From positions 4,030,001-4,094,000 of the forward strand of contig CM035360.1 of the NCBI GenBank assembly GCA_020137815.1: a stretch of 64,000 nt of DNA, given 5' to 3'. The DNA comes from Hormiphora californensis (lineage: Eukaryota; Animalia; Ctenophora). A model generated the notes under the pieces. That model saw nothing but the letters and a program-made list of their open reading frames with translations, was not told where the DNA came from and made no database searches. Position numbers and translations under genes: made by a program. This document shows, in pieces, positions 25,201 through 36,599 of this stretch. How positions within the stretch are numbered: position 1 is the stretch's first letter; each line of letters opens with the position of its first letter.

Positions 25201-28200
25201 TGTCTCAACTAATGGTTTGTTAATGAACTATCGGTTAAATATGCAGTTATTAACGAAAAGTCGAAAATTTAAAAAAAACCAAAAATTTTAAAAAATTATT
25301 TTTTTTTAAAATTTAACAGTTTTTCATACCAGAACGAACTTAAATGATTAAATCATAACCCAGTTAGGTTTTAATTTCATCTCTACAGTGCAAATCTCTC
25401 ATTTTCAGCGAAAATAAATTTTTTGAAACAATGAACATTTTTAATTCATTAATTTCACCCACTAAACTTTATTCATTTTTAATGAAATTTCAGATTGCCA
25501 TTGATAAATGGTAACACTATTGAGTGGCTGCAATTTTGCGATCAAAATCAACTTGGAACAAGGGAAAACCTTCAATTAATTAAAAAAACGGGAATTTAAG
25601 TTCATTAATGAATATCTGCATTTTTGAACTTGAAACTCTGTACACACATCTGGCATAAGCTCAACAACATTGTGTCAAAATTTCAGAACCATTGGAATTA
25701 AGGTGCCGGAGAAATCGAAGATTTAAGACCCTCCCTTTTTATTGGCCCACGCGGTATAAATCAACGACGAGAAAAGCATAGCAGAAGAGCTCAGATCCAC
25801 TATCTAGGTTTGCCTAGCTCAACCCCTTTTCGCGAGCTCCGCGAAATGTAAAGGGAGGGTTGGAAGCATAACAAATCCAAGTGTGCTGCCTACCTGGATC
25901 TGCTATGATCTCTTCTACAGGCGGTGGAGGGTAAGTTAGGTAATCCACCAACAGATGGGACAGGCCTTTGAGGGGCTGGGGGTCCTCCGTCACCAGGCAT
26001 ATCTGAAAGGATAATTACTAATTAGGACCGGGTAATTAGTGTGTAATTAGAGGGTGATTAGCGGGTAACTATAGTGGTTTAGATTATCACATGTAAATAT
26101 ATAGAAGCTGCTGTGGATGCAATTCTGGACATGAATTAGCGGACTAAATAATAGCTGTTACAATTCTTCAGCAGATCGTGTAGGCTGCAGTAGACCATGT
26201 GTATAGTAATACTAACTTCAACAAATATACACATGTAACACAGATTACACATGTAGCACAGATTACACATGTAGCACAGATTACACGGGACATATAACAA
26301 GTACTTAGTTGCAGTGGGTCAGGTACAGCAGGGCGGTTAACGTAATGGTTAATTGGAGTAGATTGGTTTGGAGTAGATTGGTTTGGAGTAGATTGGTTTG
26401 GAGTAGAAGAATGGTTAGATATTATGAGGCGGGTAGCCGCTCTCCACCGGTCTGCACCCGACTCAACTGAAACACACGTGTACAGGATGGATTGCAGATG
26501 CAATGAGTGATATCATGTCAATATCACACATAGAATCTTGAAGCAGTATCACGTGCCGCATGGTGATATTGCAAAAAGGTGAATCACTCAGCTTGATATA
26601 ATGTACTAGAGAAACAAAATCAGATCACATATATATGTGTGGCATCAGCTGAACTGTCAGCTGATCCACTATGCATGTTTGTTGGTAGTCATGTGTGTTT
26701 GTCATCTGGATGTGAGTTTGTTATTTGATTTCGGCTTGTTTGTCTGTTGTGTTAATAAACCTGAGTTTATTCATTGTTTAACCGCTACAGTATTGTTAGA
26801 CGCTGCAGTCTGAGTTATTTTGCATTGATCGGATTAGAATGCATAATTGTTCCCGGAGGAGAAGAAAGGATGATTATTCTGAAAGAGAAACTTCACACGG
26901 GTGTGGTTTGATCTGGTATGCCGCTTGTACCAAGTTAGACAATAGCTGCTTTTGTCTGACAATCGTCGTAGTCCGCAGCTAGCCAATCAGATGCTCCAGA
27001 AGATCTACCGATAATTGGAGACAATGGGGAACTACCTACGCTCTGGATTGGAGATGGAGAACGTGTGGAGGAGAAGACGGGTGTGGTCAGCTGGTACAAG
27101 AGGAGAGGACACTTGTCAGTTCCCGGCAGTTCCTGAGAGGCAGTTCTGCTGAGGCAGTTCCTGAGTTCTGCGTTGAGAGACACTGAGAGAGTTCCTGAGA
27201 GAGACCGAGAGTTTGGAGTTGAGTAGAGACACTAGAGTGAGTTCTGTACGGAGACAGTTCTGCCGAGAGAGTTGAGTTCTATTGAGTCAGTTCCTGTGAT
27301 CTGAAGCATAGCCTGAGCTTTAGTCTGAGATCCAGCCTTAGTCTAGCAATGTGGCTTACTAAGACGCTGGCGACTAAATGAGTCCCGAGACTCTGCATAG
27401 AGAGCCCCGCATCTGAGAGATGAGTTCTGTACGAGATTGGGTAGAGTAGAGAGAGAGAGAGAGAGTGAGAAATAGTATGGCTGCATTTATTAGTATATTT
27501 TATTGTTTCGGTTTAGTTTTAGTTTTGGCTCGGAATCGGTTGTATTATTTTGTCTGTGTCAGAAACAGCAATCCACCGTTCTTGTGCGGTTGTTGATAGT
27601 CAGTCAGTACAGAAAGGACTACTGCAACACGCACATATGTACAAGTCAGGTGCTTCTGTCGATACTATAATAGGTATACATGGATCAAATCAATTTTATG
27701 CAGTTTAGTGATATGTCTATTACTATAACTTTCTAGTCTGCTAGCTGTAGTATCGAAGTCTACTATAAATGTCAGCAATATTCACATCCAGAGTCCATAC
27801 TCCATGGTGCTACAATCAGCTTGCTACAGATAACAATTCAGCTTGATATGTATAACCGGGGGCTGTTCAGCAAATATAGTAGTAGAGCACATTGCGATTT
27901 GTCGTGCGACGTGTAGCTGGTATTAATTGCATCAGCTTCATATTTTGTGGAGTAATGTTTTGTAAGTGCCCCCAACTTGAGAGAGAATTCATGCAGTTCC
28001 ATCAACTACAAGCTGCTTCAGCATATCACACATGCTATCAGGAACCGACCGACACAAGTAAACAACCAATCAGAACTCGTTATTTAGGTCACGTGACTTG
28101 TTATCCGCCAATCAGGGACCAGTATTTCCTGATTCGGTCGGTTCCAACATGCTATATTATAGCTCCACCTGTTTCTCCAAAGGTTTCATAGCACACATCA

Positions 28201-30863
28201 TCATCATCCCCCTCCTCTAGGCACTGATCCTGGCCGGGGACTTGGAAGGTCTGCACACTGCCCATATCAAGATATGCGCTGGGTAATCTCGGCCGGACCA
28301 TATCCAGATAGTCATCTTCAAATTCCCCTCCTCCTCCTGCAGTGTGATCTTGATCCCTTTCCTTTACTTCCCGGGAAGAGAGCGAGAGAGCGGAGGATCG
28401 GTGTCGAAATGTGTCAGGCATTGTCATTTCCATCACATCTGGATGGTGTAATTGCGTTGTAATTAGTTGTCATTAATTAATTAATTAGTTGTCATTATGT
28501 AAACTATATTGTCAATTAGCTGTCGGTTAGTTTTGTAAACCAATAAAATGCAAATACATGTTATGATTGTTTGTCATGGTACTGTTAGTTATGGTTGTTA
28601 AGGGAAGTGTGAGTACTAATAATTGAATCTGATTAGGAAGACAACATAGAATGATTTAGAGAATTACATGGCGTAACCAACTAAACAAACTTGGGTATGG
28701 AATAATTAACATAAACTAATTAACAAACACATGAACTAATTAACAAACACAAGAACTAATAAACAACATGAACTAATCAACTCATGCACTGGATATACCT
28801 GTAGGAACACAGACGGGTGACAATGGAAAACATTCTGAAATTATACTGATCATGAAACCAGTTTGATAATAATGAATAATGAACCCCTATAATGTTTTAG
28901 TTGTATGAAGGCAAATTAGAGCGGTGCACGTTTCAGTATAATAATTCACTCCGTGAACTAAACAAAAACATGTGTCATCTACAGCTACTGCACACGTACC
29001 TTCAGGTGCCATGTACTCTGCTTCAAGTACCCCGCCATCCACTAGCTCACCTACATCATAATCCTGTATAGGGAGAATGCAGTTAGTTAAACTGCACAGT
29101 GAAGTGAGCAACTCGGTTACATAATATAGAATTTAGACCGCCTGGCGATGTAACCGGTTGCATGTAACCGAGTTGATGGCGCAATTCAAACCCCGTTTTG
29201 ATTCTCAGTCAACGGCCAACAGTGTGCTGTCACTACTCAGGTCGGCGGATCGGTGCTGCCGAACAGATCATTTAGAAGACTTACAGCTATATTATTATTT
29301 ACTTTGTTGGCCCCAAAAGTACTACCCCCTGAGTTAGCTTGACCAAATGATGCGGAACCAGATGTGTTTGGAGAATCAGAGTCAAATTCTATCCTTCTAA
29401 AACCTGGGGGAATAAAATATAGCTGTCAACTTATTAATTCATAATTACTATTGCACTGTATGATTTGTTCAAGTTTTAACTAAAAATTTAATGAGAGCAG
29501 GATATAGATATCGACAAACCATCAATGTTGGAATCTTGATTCTTCGAATTCCTATTCCTCCTTTTTTCTTCTTTTTCAGCTTTCTTTCTCCTCTTATCTT
29601 CCTCATCATTTAGCTTCTTAACTATCTTACTGCAACAGAGGATGTGACGAAGGGTAATGAAAACCAGTCGGTCCATTTTGGTTGTGCCTTGGCTGCTTTC
29701 CAGCGCGAATCCCCAGTGCAGTGCAGTACTCTGTGCAAAGCGCGCGCTATGTTGCGTCTACAGTTGTGTACTTTTAGTGCGCGCCACAGGTTAGGCGATT
29801 GCCGCAGCTCGCATCATTTGACTTCCTTCACTGCAGTATAGCTGTAACAAGGCGTGTAACAACCCTGCTACGATGATTAGCATTTTACTTACTCATATTC
29901 CTTCTTAGCGATCAGTGGAAACTTGTTAACATCATAATACGATACCTGGGGATAAATAGAAATCAAAATGTGACCCCCTCTCAGACCTAGATCTAGAAGT
30001 AGAAATAATGAACATTTTCGACTTTTGGAAACGATTTAGGTATGCCTGGCGCCTTGTATAAACAATCAGTAAATAATGGAAAGGTGCCTCTTAAGTGGTA
30101 TTTTAGCTGGCCAAAAGACTAAAAAGAAGAGGTGGGGTAGGTCGGCAAGAGATCAGTATTGCTGGATGTGATATTAAACATATTAATTACTCACAATGAA
30201 TTCACGGCCCGTCATTCCTTGATTATGAATATAGATCCTTAGTGATTCTGAACTTTTCATCTGGGGGGGGGGGGGGGGGGGGGGGTCACGAGTGTGAGAG
30301 AGATAAGCCAAATCCAAAAGTGCCCAAAAATGAAGTAGATAAAAAAGAATATTCTTTGGCCTGAAACATAATACATTTTTTACAGCAGTTTTAGATTACA
30401 TGAGGGGAACTCATTCCTTCTCTTGGGTGGACCGACATTGACATACAAGCAAAAACAATGTGGTAACATATCACACTGTAATACAGTGTGACTGTATAGA
30501 GACCATTGTGTGGTTACCACTAACCACACTATATGGTAACCACACTGTTTTTGTTCCACATTCAAATTTGCAGGAAGTATCTACCACTAAATTCCATCCC
30601 AAGCGACAGTAGTACAAGATATGATCTGATCACACTATCTGGTCACACTGTCCCTAAATGCAGGCGAGCATGTCAATACTTGGCGCCGCATGTTAGTTTG
30701 AGTCGCCTGACACTGTGACCGTGCTCCGGAACAATTCAAATTTTAGTTAGTAAAACTTGAACTGTTCCGGAGCGTGGACACAGTGTTCGTTAGTTACCTT
30801 GCATTCAGAGAGCCATGCCACAAGATCCGTACAGGTCCACTCACTAACGGGTCTAGTTATCAT
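19280..30863 (-). CDS. SLP-76/BLNK/CLNK-like adaptor: N-terminal SAM, acidic Tyr motifs, Pro-rich region, C-terminal SH2; about 20 exons
   Basis: Exons splice in phase to MITRPVSEWTCTDLVAWLSECK|MKSSESLRIYIHNQGMTGREFI|VSYYDVNKFPLIAKKEYD (SAM-like). They are followed by DDYLDM, EYQNF, EAMYMD and EYED Tyr motifs, many PxxP tracts, and the SH2 sequence YIENMDREQAHELLNKD|GRPSCYLIRNSTRD..YVITF..FEHTR|L..SHTNLSELVRYH..LLTNPV*. Confidence 0.8.
22871..23872. mobile_element. 1-kb palindromic non-autonomous DNA transposon, Academ-like
   Basis: TAGTTAGGGG...CCCCTAACTA termini with 3-bp TSD CTG. Arms 22902-23350 and 23400-23851 are near-perfect inverted repeats. TAG..CTA ends with a 3-4-bp TSD are Academ hallmarks. 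Confidence 0.72.
24468..25754. mobile_element. Non-autonomous Tc1/mariner-type element with ~170-bp TIRs and an internal ~300-bp direct duplication
   Basis: TA|CCGCGTGG...CCACGCGG|TA. 24473-24772 is repeated at 24773-25084. Confidence 0.72.
26675..27629 (-). mobile_element. Possible solo LTR
   Basis: TG...CA ends (tgttgcag start on the minus strand), AATAAA and CT/GA-rich composition. The TSD is only imperfect and the boundaries are uncertain. Confidence 0.3.
28039..28147. mobile_element. 109-bp hAT-type MITE, family 2
   Basis: caggaaccgaccga / tcggtcggttcc TIRs with 8-bp TSD CATGCTAT. Confidence 0.85.
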
Positions 30864-30893
30864 GATGGCTATACAGATAGTGTATGTGTTAGA

Positions 30894-31002
30894 CAGGAAC
30901 CGACCGAAACAAGTAAACAACCAATCAGAACTCGTTATTTAGGTCACGTGACTGGTTATCAGCCAATCAGGGACCAGTATTTCCTGATTCGGTCGGTTCC
31001 TG
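30894..31002. mobile_element. 109-bp hAT-type MITE, family 2
   Basis: Same sequence, with 8-bp TSD GTGTTAGA. Confidence 0.88.
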
Positions 31003-31072
31003 GTGTTAGAACAACATTGGAAAGCACCGTTATCATGGTGAAGCATCAGGAATAGTTTCAAACTGTTGTGTT

Positions 31073-31116
31073 GAGTTTCAAACTTTTCAACACTACTTTA
31101 AACAAATTAATTTGAG
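31073..31116 (+). other. Genomic copy of the ctenophore spliced-leader exon (44 nt), without a splice donor
   Basis: GAGTTTCAAACTTTTCAACACTACTTTAAACAAATTAATTTGAG matches the reverse complement of 62542-62584 at 42/43 nt and matches the pleurobrachiid SL as I recall it. It is followed by CC, not GT. Confidence 0.85.
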
Positions 31117-31160
31117 CCTGATGAAGAGGTAGATCCTCGAAACTTGTTCCGATAATAAAT
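31117..31160 (+). ncRNA. Hammerhead-ribozyme-like core (Penelope/retrozyme type)
   Basis: CTGATGA(A)-GAGG-tagat-CCTC-GAAAC-TT-GT-T followed by AATAAA. The catalytic boxes and stem II are present, but stem I cannot be closed canonically. Confidence 0.55.
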
Positions 31161-31874
31161 CCCCGTCTGGTTCATTTGTACAGTCCAGAGAGAATATTAA
31201 TAATAAAAACTCTGACAATCAAGAAAAGGTAGCTGTGAAAAGAAGCAATTTTACACTAAAACACAGGGGGCATAGCACGATACCGTGAAGGAAGGGGAAT
31301 GCACTGCCCTGAATATCGACACGTCACAGCAGGCCCTGTATGTGACGTGTGTTCACATGTGAAACTCGAGGGGCTCTAGAGGCATCTATAATATGCATAG
31401 AGGCATAATATGCATAATATGCATAGACGCTTTGCCTTAGCTGTACGAAGTACAATTGGATGGATTATGATAGTAAAAACTTTCATGTCAGACACAGTTG
31501 CTAAACCAATTAATAATTGTGGTTCTTCATAAAAGAATTCATTTGTAAAATTAAGAAATTAACAGAATTAGAGGACATGCAACAGCACAGTTCTGACTTC
31601 TGAAACCACTAAAACAAACATTGACTTTGCAGACACTTTCGAAGATTTGGTAGTTGAGATCCTGTAAAGACATTGCAGACACAACATCCCCACAACATAC
31701 AACTCTCTAGTATTGTCAAGGAAACTACTCATAGTACAATATTATCTACACCTGTTTACTGTCTGTCGCTGTATCTGTACTGAGTAGTGAGTATCATATC
31801 TGCCTACTACTCAGGTGTGGAAATTGATATCTTGATACTGAACCAGCCGATATTACTTAGGATGCCGAACTTGC

Positions 31875-31983
31875 CAGGAACCGACCGAATCAGGAAATAC
31901 TGGTCCATGATTGGCTAATAACCAGTCACGTGACCTAAATAACGAGTTCTGATTGGTTGTTTACTTTTGTCGGTTGGTTCCTC
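31875..31983. mobile_element. 109-bp hAT-type MITE, family 2 (inverted), inserted in the last codons of the mucin gene
   Basis: TSD GAACTTGC/GAACTTGT (7/8). Confidence 0.85.
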
Positions 31984-34900
31984 GAACTTGTTGACTCCTT
32001 GGAATTTTATTCCGGTGATGTTCTGGAATCTTATTCTCATTATTTTCTGGAATCTTATTCCGGTGACGCCGCTTGGGAGAAGATAACCTTGCCTTGTGTC
32101 GCCTGTTATATGATCTGTAATGTGACCCGTATTTGATCCCGTGAACCAATGGAACTGGTGGTACTAGGTTCTCCATGGTGGTGGAGAGTCCTTGTCCTCG
32201 AGTGAATGGATGCCAAGTAACCAATTGTTCGTCTGTTTGTGGTTTAGTATTTAGAGGTTGAGTAACCAACTGTTCGTCTGTTTGTGGTTCTGTTTTTGGT
32301 TGCTGTGTAACCAACTGTTCGTCTGTTTGTGGGACAGTATTTACAGGTTGAGTAATCAACAGAACAGGTTTAGTGGGGATATTTCGCTCCGGGGTAAAGG
32401 TTGGATTTTCGCTGTCATCTGGACCAGTTGTTGCTTGTTTGTTGATCTGCGGTTCGTTAGGTCTGGTAGTTTGTTGTCTGTGGGTTGTTCTGTCCGGAGT
32501 AAAGGTTGGCGGGTTGGTCTGAGGCGGATTTGTTGCTGGTTTGGTGGTCTGAGGCGGAGTTGTTGCTTGTTTGATGGTCTGAGGCGGAGTTGTTGCTTCT
32601 TTGGTGGTCTGAGGCGGAGTTGTTGCTGGTTTGGTGGTCTGAGGTGGAGTTGTTGTTTCTTTGGTGGTCTGAGGCGGAGTTGTTGCCTCTTTGGTGGTCT
32701 GAGGCGGCGTTGTTGCTTGTTTGGTGGTCTGAGGCGGAGTTGTTGCTTGTTTGGTGGTCTGAGGCGGAGTTGTTGCTGGTCTGGTGGTCTGAGGCGGAGT
32801 TGTTGCTTGTTTGGTGGTCTGAGGCGGAGTTGTTGCCTCTTTGGTGGTCTGAGGCGGAGTTGTTGCTTCTTTGGTGGTCTGAGGCGGAGTTGTAGCTTGT
32901 TTGGTGGTCTGAGGCGGAGTTGTTGCTGGTTTAGTGGTCTGAGGCGGAGTTGTTGCCTCTTTGGTGGTCTGAGGCGGAGTTGTTGCCTCTTTGGTGGTCT
33001 GAGGCGGAGTTGTTGCCTCTAATTTGGTGGTCTGAGGTGCAGTTGTTGCTGGTCTGGTGGTCTGAGGCGGAGTTGTTGCTGGTCTGGTGGTCTGAGGTGC
33101 AGTTATTGTTGGTTTGGTGGTGTGAGGTGGAGTTGTTGTTTCTTTGGTGGTCTGAGGCGGAGTTGTTGCTTCTTTGGTGGTGTGAGGTGGAGTTGTTGCT
33201 GGTCTGGTGGTCTGAGGCGGAGTTGTTGTTGGTTTGGTGGTCTGAGGCGGAGTTGTTGCTTGTTTGTTGGTCTGAGGTGCAGTTGTTGCTTGTTTGATGG
33301 TCTGAGGCGGAGTTGTTGCTGGTTTGGTGGTCTGGGGTGGAGTTGTTGCTTCTTTGGAGGTCTGAGGCGGAGCTGTTGCTGGTTCTTTGGTGGTCTGAGG
33401 TTCGTTAGGTCTGGTGGTTTGTTGTATGTGGGTTGTTCTGTCCGGAGTACAGGTTGGTGGGTTAGTCAGAGGCGGAGTTGTTGCTGGTTTGCTGGTCTGA
33501 GGCGGAGTTGTTGCTGGTTTGCTGGTCTGAGGCGGAGTTGTTGCTTGTTTGGTGGTCTGAGGCGGAGTTGTTGCTGGTTTGCTGGTATGAGGCGGAGTTG
33601 TTGCTGGTTTAGGGGTCTGAGGCGGAGCTGTTGCTTGTTTGGTGGTCTGAGGCGGAGTTGTTGCTTCTTTGGTGGTCTGAAGCGGAGTTGTTGCTGGTTC
33701 TTTGGTGGTCTGAGGTTTGTTAGGTCTTGTGGTTTGTTGTATGTGGGTTGTTCTGTCCGGAGTACAGGTTGGTGGGTTAGTCAGAGGCGGAGTTGTTGCT
33801 GGTTTGCTGGTCTGAGGCGGAGTTGTTGCTGGTTTGCTGGTCTGAGGCGGAGTTGTTGCTTGTTTGGTGGTCTGAGGCGGAGTTGTTGCTGGTTTGGTGG
33901 TCTGAGGCGGAGTTGTTGCTGGTTTGCTGGTATGAGGCGGAGTTGTTGCTGGTTTAGGGGTCTGAGGCGGAGCTGTTGCTTGTTTGGTGGTCTGAGGCGG
34001 AGTTGTTGCTTCTTTGGTGGTGTGAGGTGGAGTTGTTGCTGGTCTGGTGGTCTGAGGCGGAGTTGTTGTTGGTTTGGTGGTCTGAGGCGGAGTTGTTGCT
34101 TGTTTGTTGGTCTGAGGTGCAGTTGTTGTTTCTTTGGTGGTCTGAGGCGGAGTTGTTGCTGGTTTGCTGGTCTGAGGCGGAGTTGTTGCTTGTTTAGTGG
34201 TCTGAGGCGGAGTTGTTGCTTCTTTGGTGGTCTGAGGTTCGTTAGATTTGGTAGTTTGTTGTCTGTGGGTTGTTCTGTCCGGAGTACATGTTGGTGGGTT
34301 AGTCTGAAGCGGAGTTGTTGCTGGTTTGCTGGTCTGAGGCGGAGTTGTTGCTTGTTTAGTGGTCTGAGGCGGAGTTGTTGCTTCTTTGGTGGTCTGAGGC
34401 GGAGTTGTTGCTGGTTCTTTGGTGGTCTGAGGTTCGTTAGGTTTGGTGGTTTGTTGTATGTGGGTTGTTCTGTCCGGAGTACAAGTTGGCAGGTTAGTCT
34501 GAGGCGGAGTTGTTGCTGGTTTGGTGGTCTGGGGCGGAGTTGTTGCTTCTTTGGTAGTCTGAGGCGGAGTTGTTGCTAGTCTGGTGGTATGAGGTGCAGT
34601 TGTTGCTGGTTTGATGGTCTGAGGCGGAGTTGTTGCTGGTCTGGTGGTCTGAGGCGGAGTTGTTGCTTCTTTGGTGGTCTGAGGCGGAGTTGTTGCTTGT
34701 TTGGTGGTCTGAGGCGGAGTTGTTGCTTCTTTGGTGGTCTGAGGTTCGTTAGATTTGGTAGTTTGTTGTCTGTGGGTTGTTCTGTCCGGAGTACATGTTG
34801 GTGGGTTAGTCTGAAGCGGAGTTGTTGCTGGTTTGCTGGTCTGAGGCGGAGTTGTTGCTTGTTTAGTGGTCTGAGGCGGAGTTGTTGCTTCTTTGGTGGT

Positions 34901-36599
34901 CTGAGGCGGAGTTGTTGCTGGTTCTTTGGTGGTCTGAGGTTCGTTAGGTTTGGTGGTTTGTTGTATGTGGGTTGTTCTGTCCGGAGTACAAGTTGGCAGG
35001 TTAGTCTGAGGCGGAGTTGTTGCTGGTTTGGTGGTCTGGGGCGGAGTTGTTGCTTCTTTGGTAGTCTGAGGCGGAGTTGTTGCTAGTCTGGTGGTATGAG
35101 GTGCAGTTGTTGCTGGTTTGATGGTCTGAGGCGGAGTTGTTGCTGGTCTGGTGGTCTGAGGCGGAGTTGTTGCTTCTTTGGTGGTCTGAAGCGGAGTTGT
35201 TGCTTGTTTGGTGGTCTGAGGCGGAGTTTTTGCTTCTTTGGTGGTCTGAGGTTTGTTAGGTTTGCTAGTTTGTTGTCTGTGGGTTGTTCTATCCGGAGTA
35301 CAGGTTGGCGGGTTAGTCTGAGGCGGAGTTGTTGCTTCTTTGGTGGTCTGAGGCAGAGTTGTTGCTAGTTTGGTGGTCTGAGACGGAGTTGTTGCTGGTT
35401 TGGTGGTCTGAGACGGAGTTGTTGCCTCTTTGGTGGTCTGAGGCGGAGTTGTTGCTTGTTTGGTGGTCTGAGGCGAAGTTGTTGCTTCTTTGGTGGTCTG
35501 AGGCGGAGTTGTTGCTGGTTCTTTGGTGGTCTGAGGCAGAGTTGTTGCTGGTTCCGTCAATATTCCATTCTGTTTTTCAGTAGTCGATGGCTGGGTAGTG
35601 ACTGAAGTGGTTACTGGGACTCCTGTACATTCACAATTAACACGGACTTCTGAAAACTCATCTGAACAAACACACAACTCATTCAAAATTTCACGAGTGG
35701 AATCTGCTTCCAAGAAGTCAACCGTTGCTTCATAGATATCGCCAGTATTGCCACTTTTCAAACTCTCAAGAAACTGAAAAAATGGTAGCTTTTATTATAT
35801 TTTTATTCGGCTGTTACTTTGGTTCTGTTTCAATGGCAAATGGCTAATGGTTTATACTTGTTCAAGAAGGATCCCTAAAAAAGTTCAGTATTTACACAGC
35901 GTTTACACCAGTTATGCCATTACGGTTTTTCCCACGGTAGCACGGGAAGAAAAATTTCGAAATCTGTAAACGTTGTGTAAATCCCTACTGAACTTTTTTA
36001 GGGATCCCTAGTGAGAGACCTTATGTATACACTTTTTTCAAACGCTAAAACCCGTTAATTACCTTGCCGAGCAAGAATATTTCAAAATATGAGAAGTTCA
36101 TATCATCAAATGCCTGGAGCACGGCTTGAGGCTCAAAATCAGTTGTACTCTCCTTAATTCCCAACTCAGGAACATTACATTCACAGGGAGTTACATCGGG
36201 GAAAACATTGGAAAGAGTAAGGATGACCTTGGTTGAGTTAATTTCAGGTTCGGACAGAATGTGCTGGAGGTTTTCAAGTTGAACTGCAGCAGTAGTTGTG
36301 ATATTCAAGGAGTCGGCAGTAGGCAACCAATCTGGAAAGAATGGATGCATAGTCTCGTTAATCTTCATCCGGATGAAGATTAACGAGACTATAACACTGG
36401 TGGTTAAACATGGTAGCACCGAGCAGTGGCCAGCAATTGTCTGTAAAAACAATATCACCGATCCCTTACCTTTGCTGTGATCGGTGAGGTGTTTATCTCG
36501 TTTTAGAATGTTACGAAGAACATGCGTCTGTAGGAGGTGACCTGACAATGAATTGGCAGTTGAAGAGAGAACAACCAAAAGCAAAACAGCAGTATTCAT
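31961..36599 (-). CDS. Secreted mucin-like Thr/Pro-rich repeat protein (~1400 aa); exons 36599-36470, 36331-36063, 35773-31961
   Basis: Signal-peptide-like MNTAVLLLVVLSSTANS, phase-compatible introns, CxC motifs (CECN, CVCS, CECT), a ~3-kb open array of 10-aa TTPPQTTKxA repeats and a basic C-terminus. Confidence 0.8.
32420..35555 (-). repeat. Coding 30-bp tandem repeat with higher-order units (507-bp duplication)
   Basis: The unit ttggtggtctgaggcggagttgttgc.... recurs every 30 bp. The block ending at 34579 recurs ending at 35086. Confidence 0.92.
35868..36009. mobile_element. ~140-bp MITE in mucin intron 2
   Basis: TIR ggatccctaaaaaagttcagta / tactgaacttttttagggatcc. Confidence 0.65.

Noticed and set aside
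31073-31200. SL-RNA gene
   Set aside because: There is no GT donor after TTTGAG and no evident U-rich Sm site. The same applies at 62542.
32258-35583. Plus-strand Cys/Gly/Trp-rich ORFs
   Set aside because: They are antisense shadows of the mucin 30-bp repeat.
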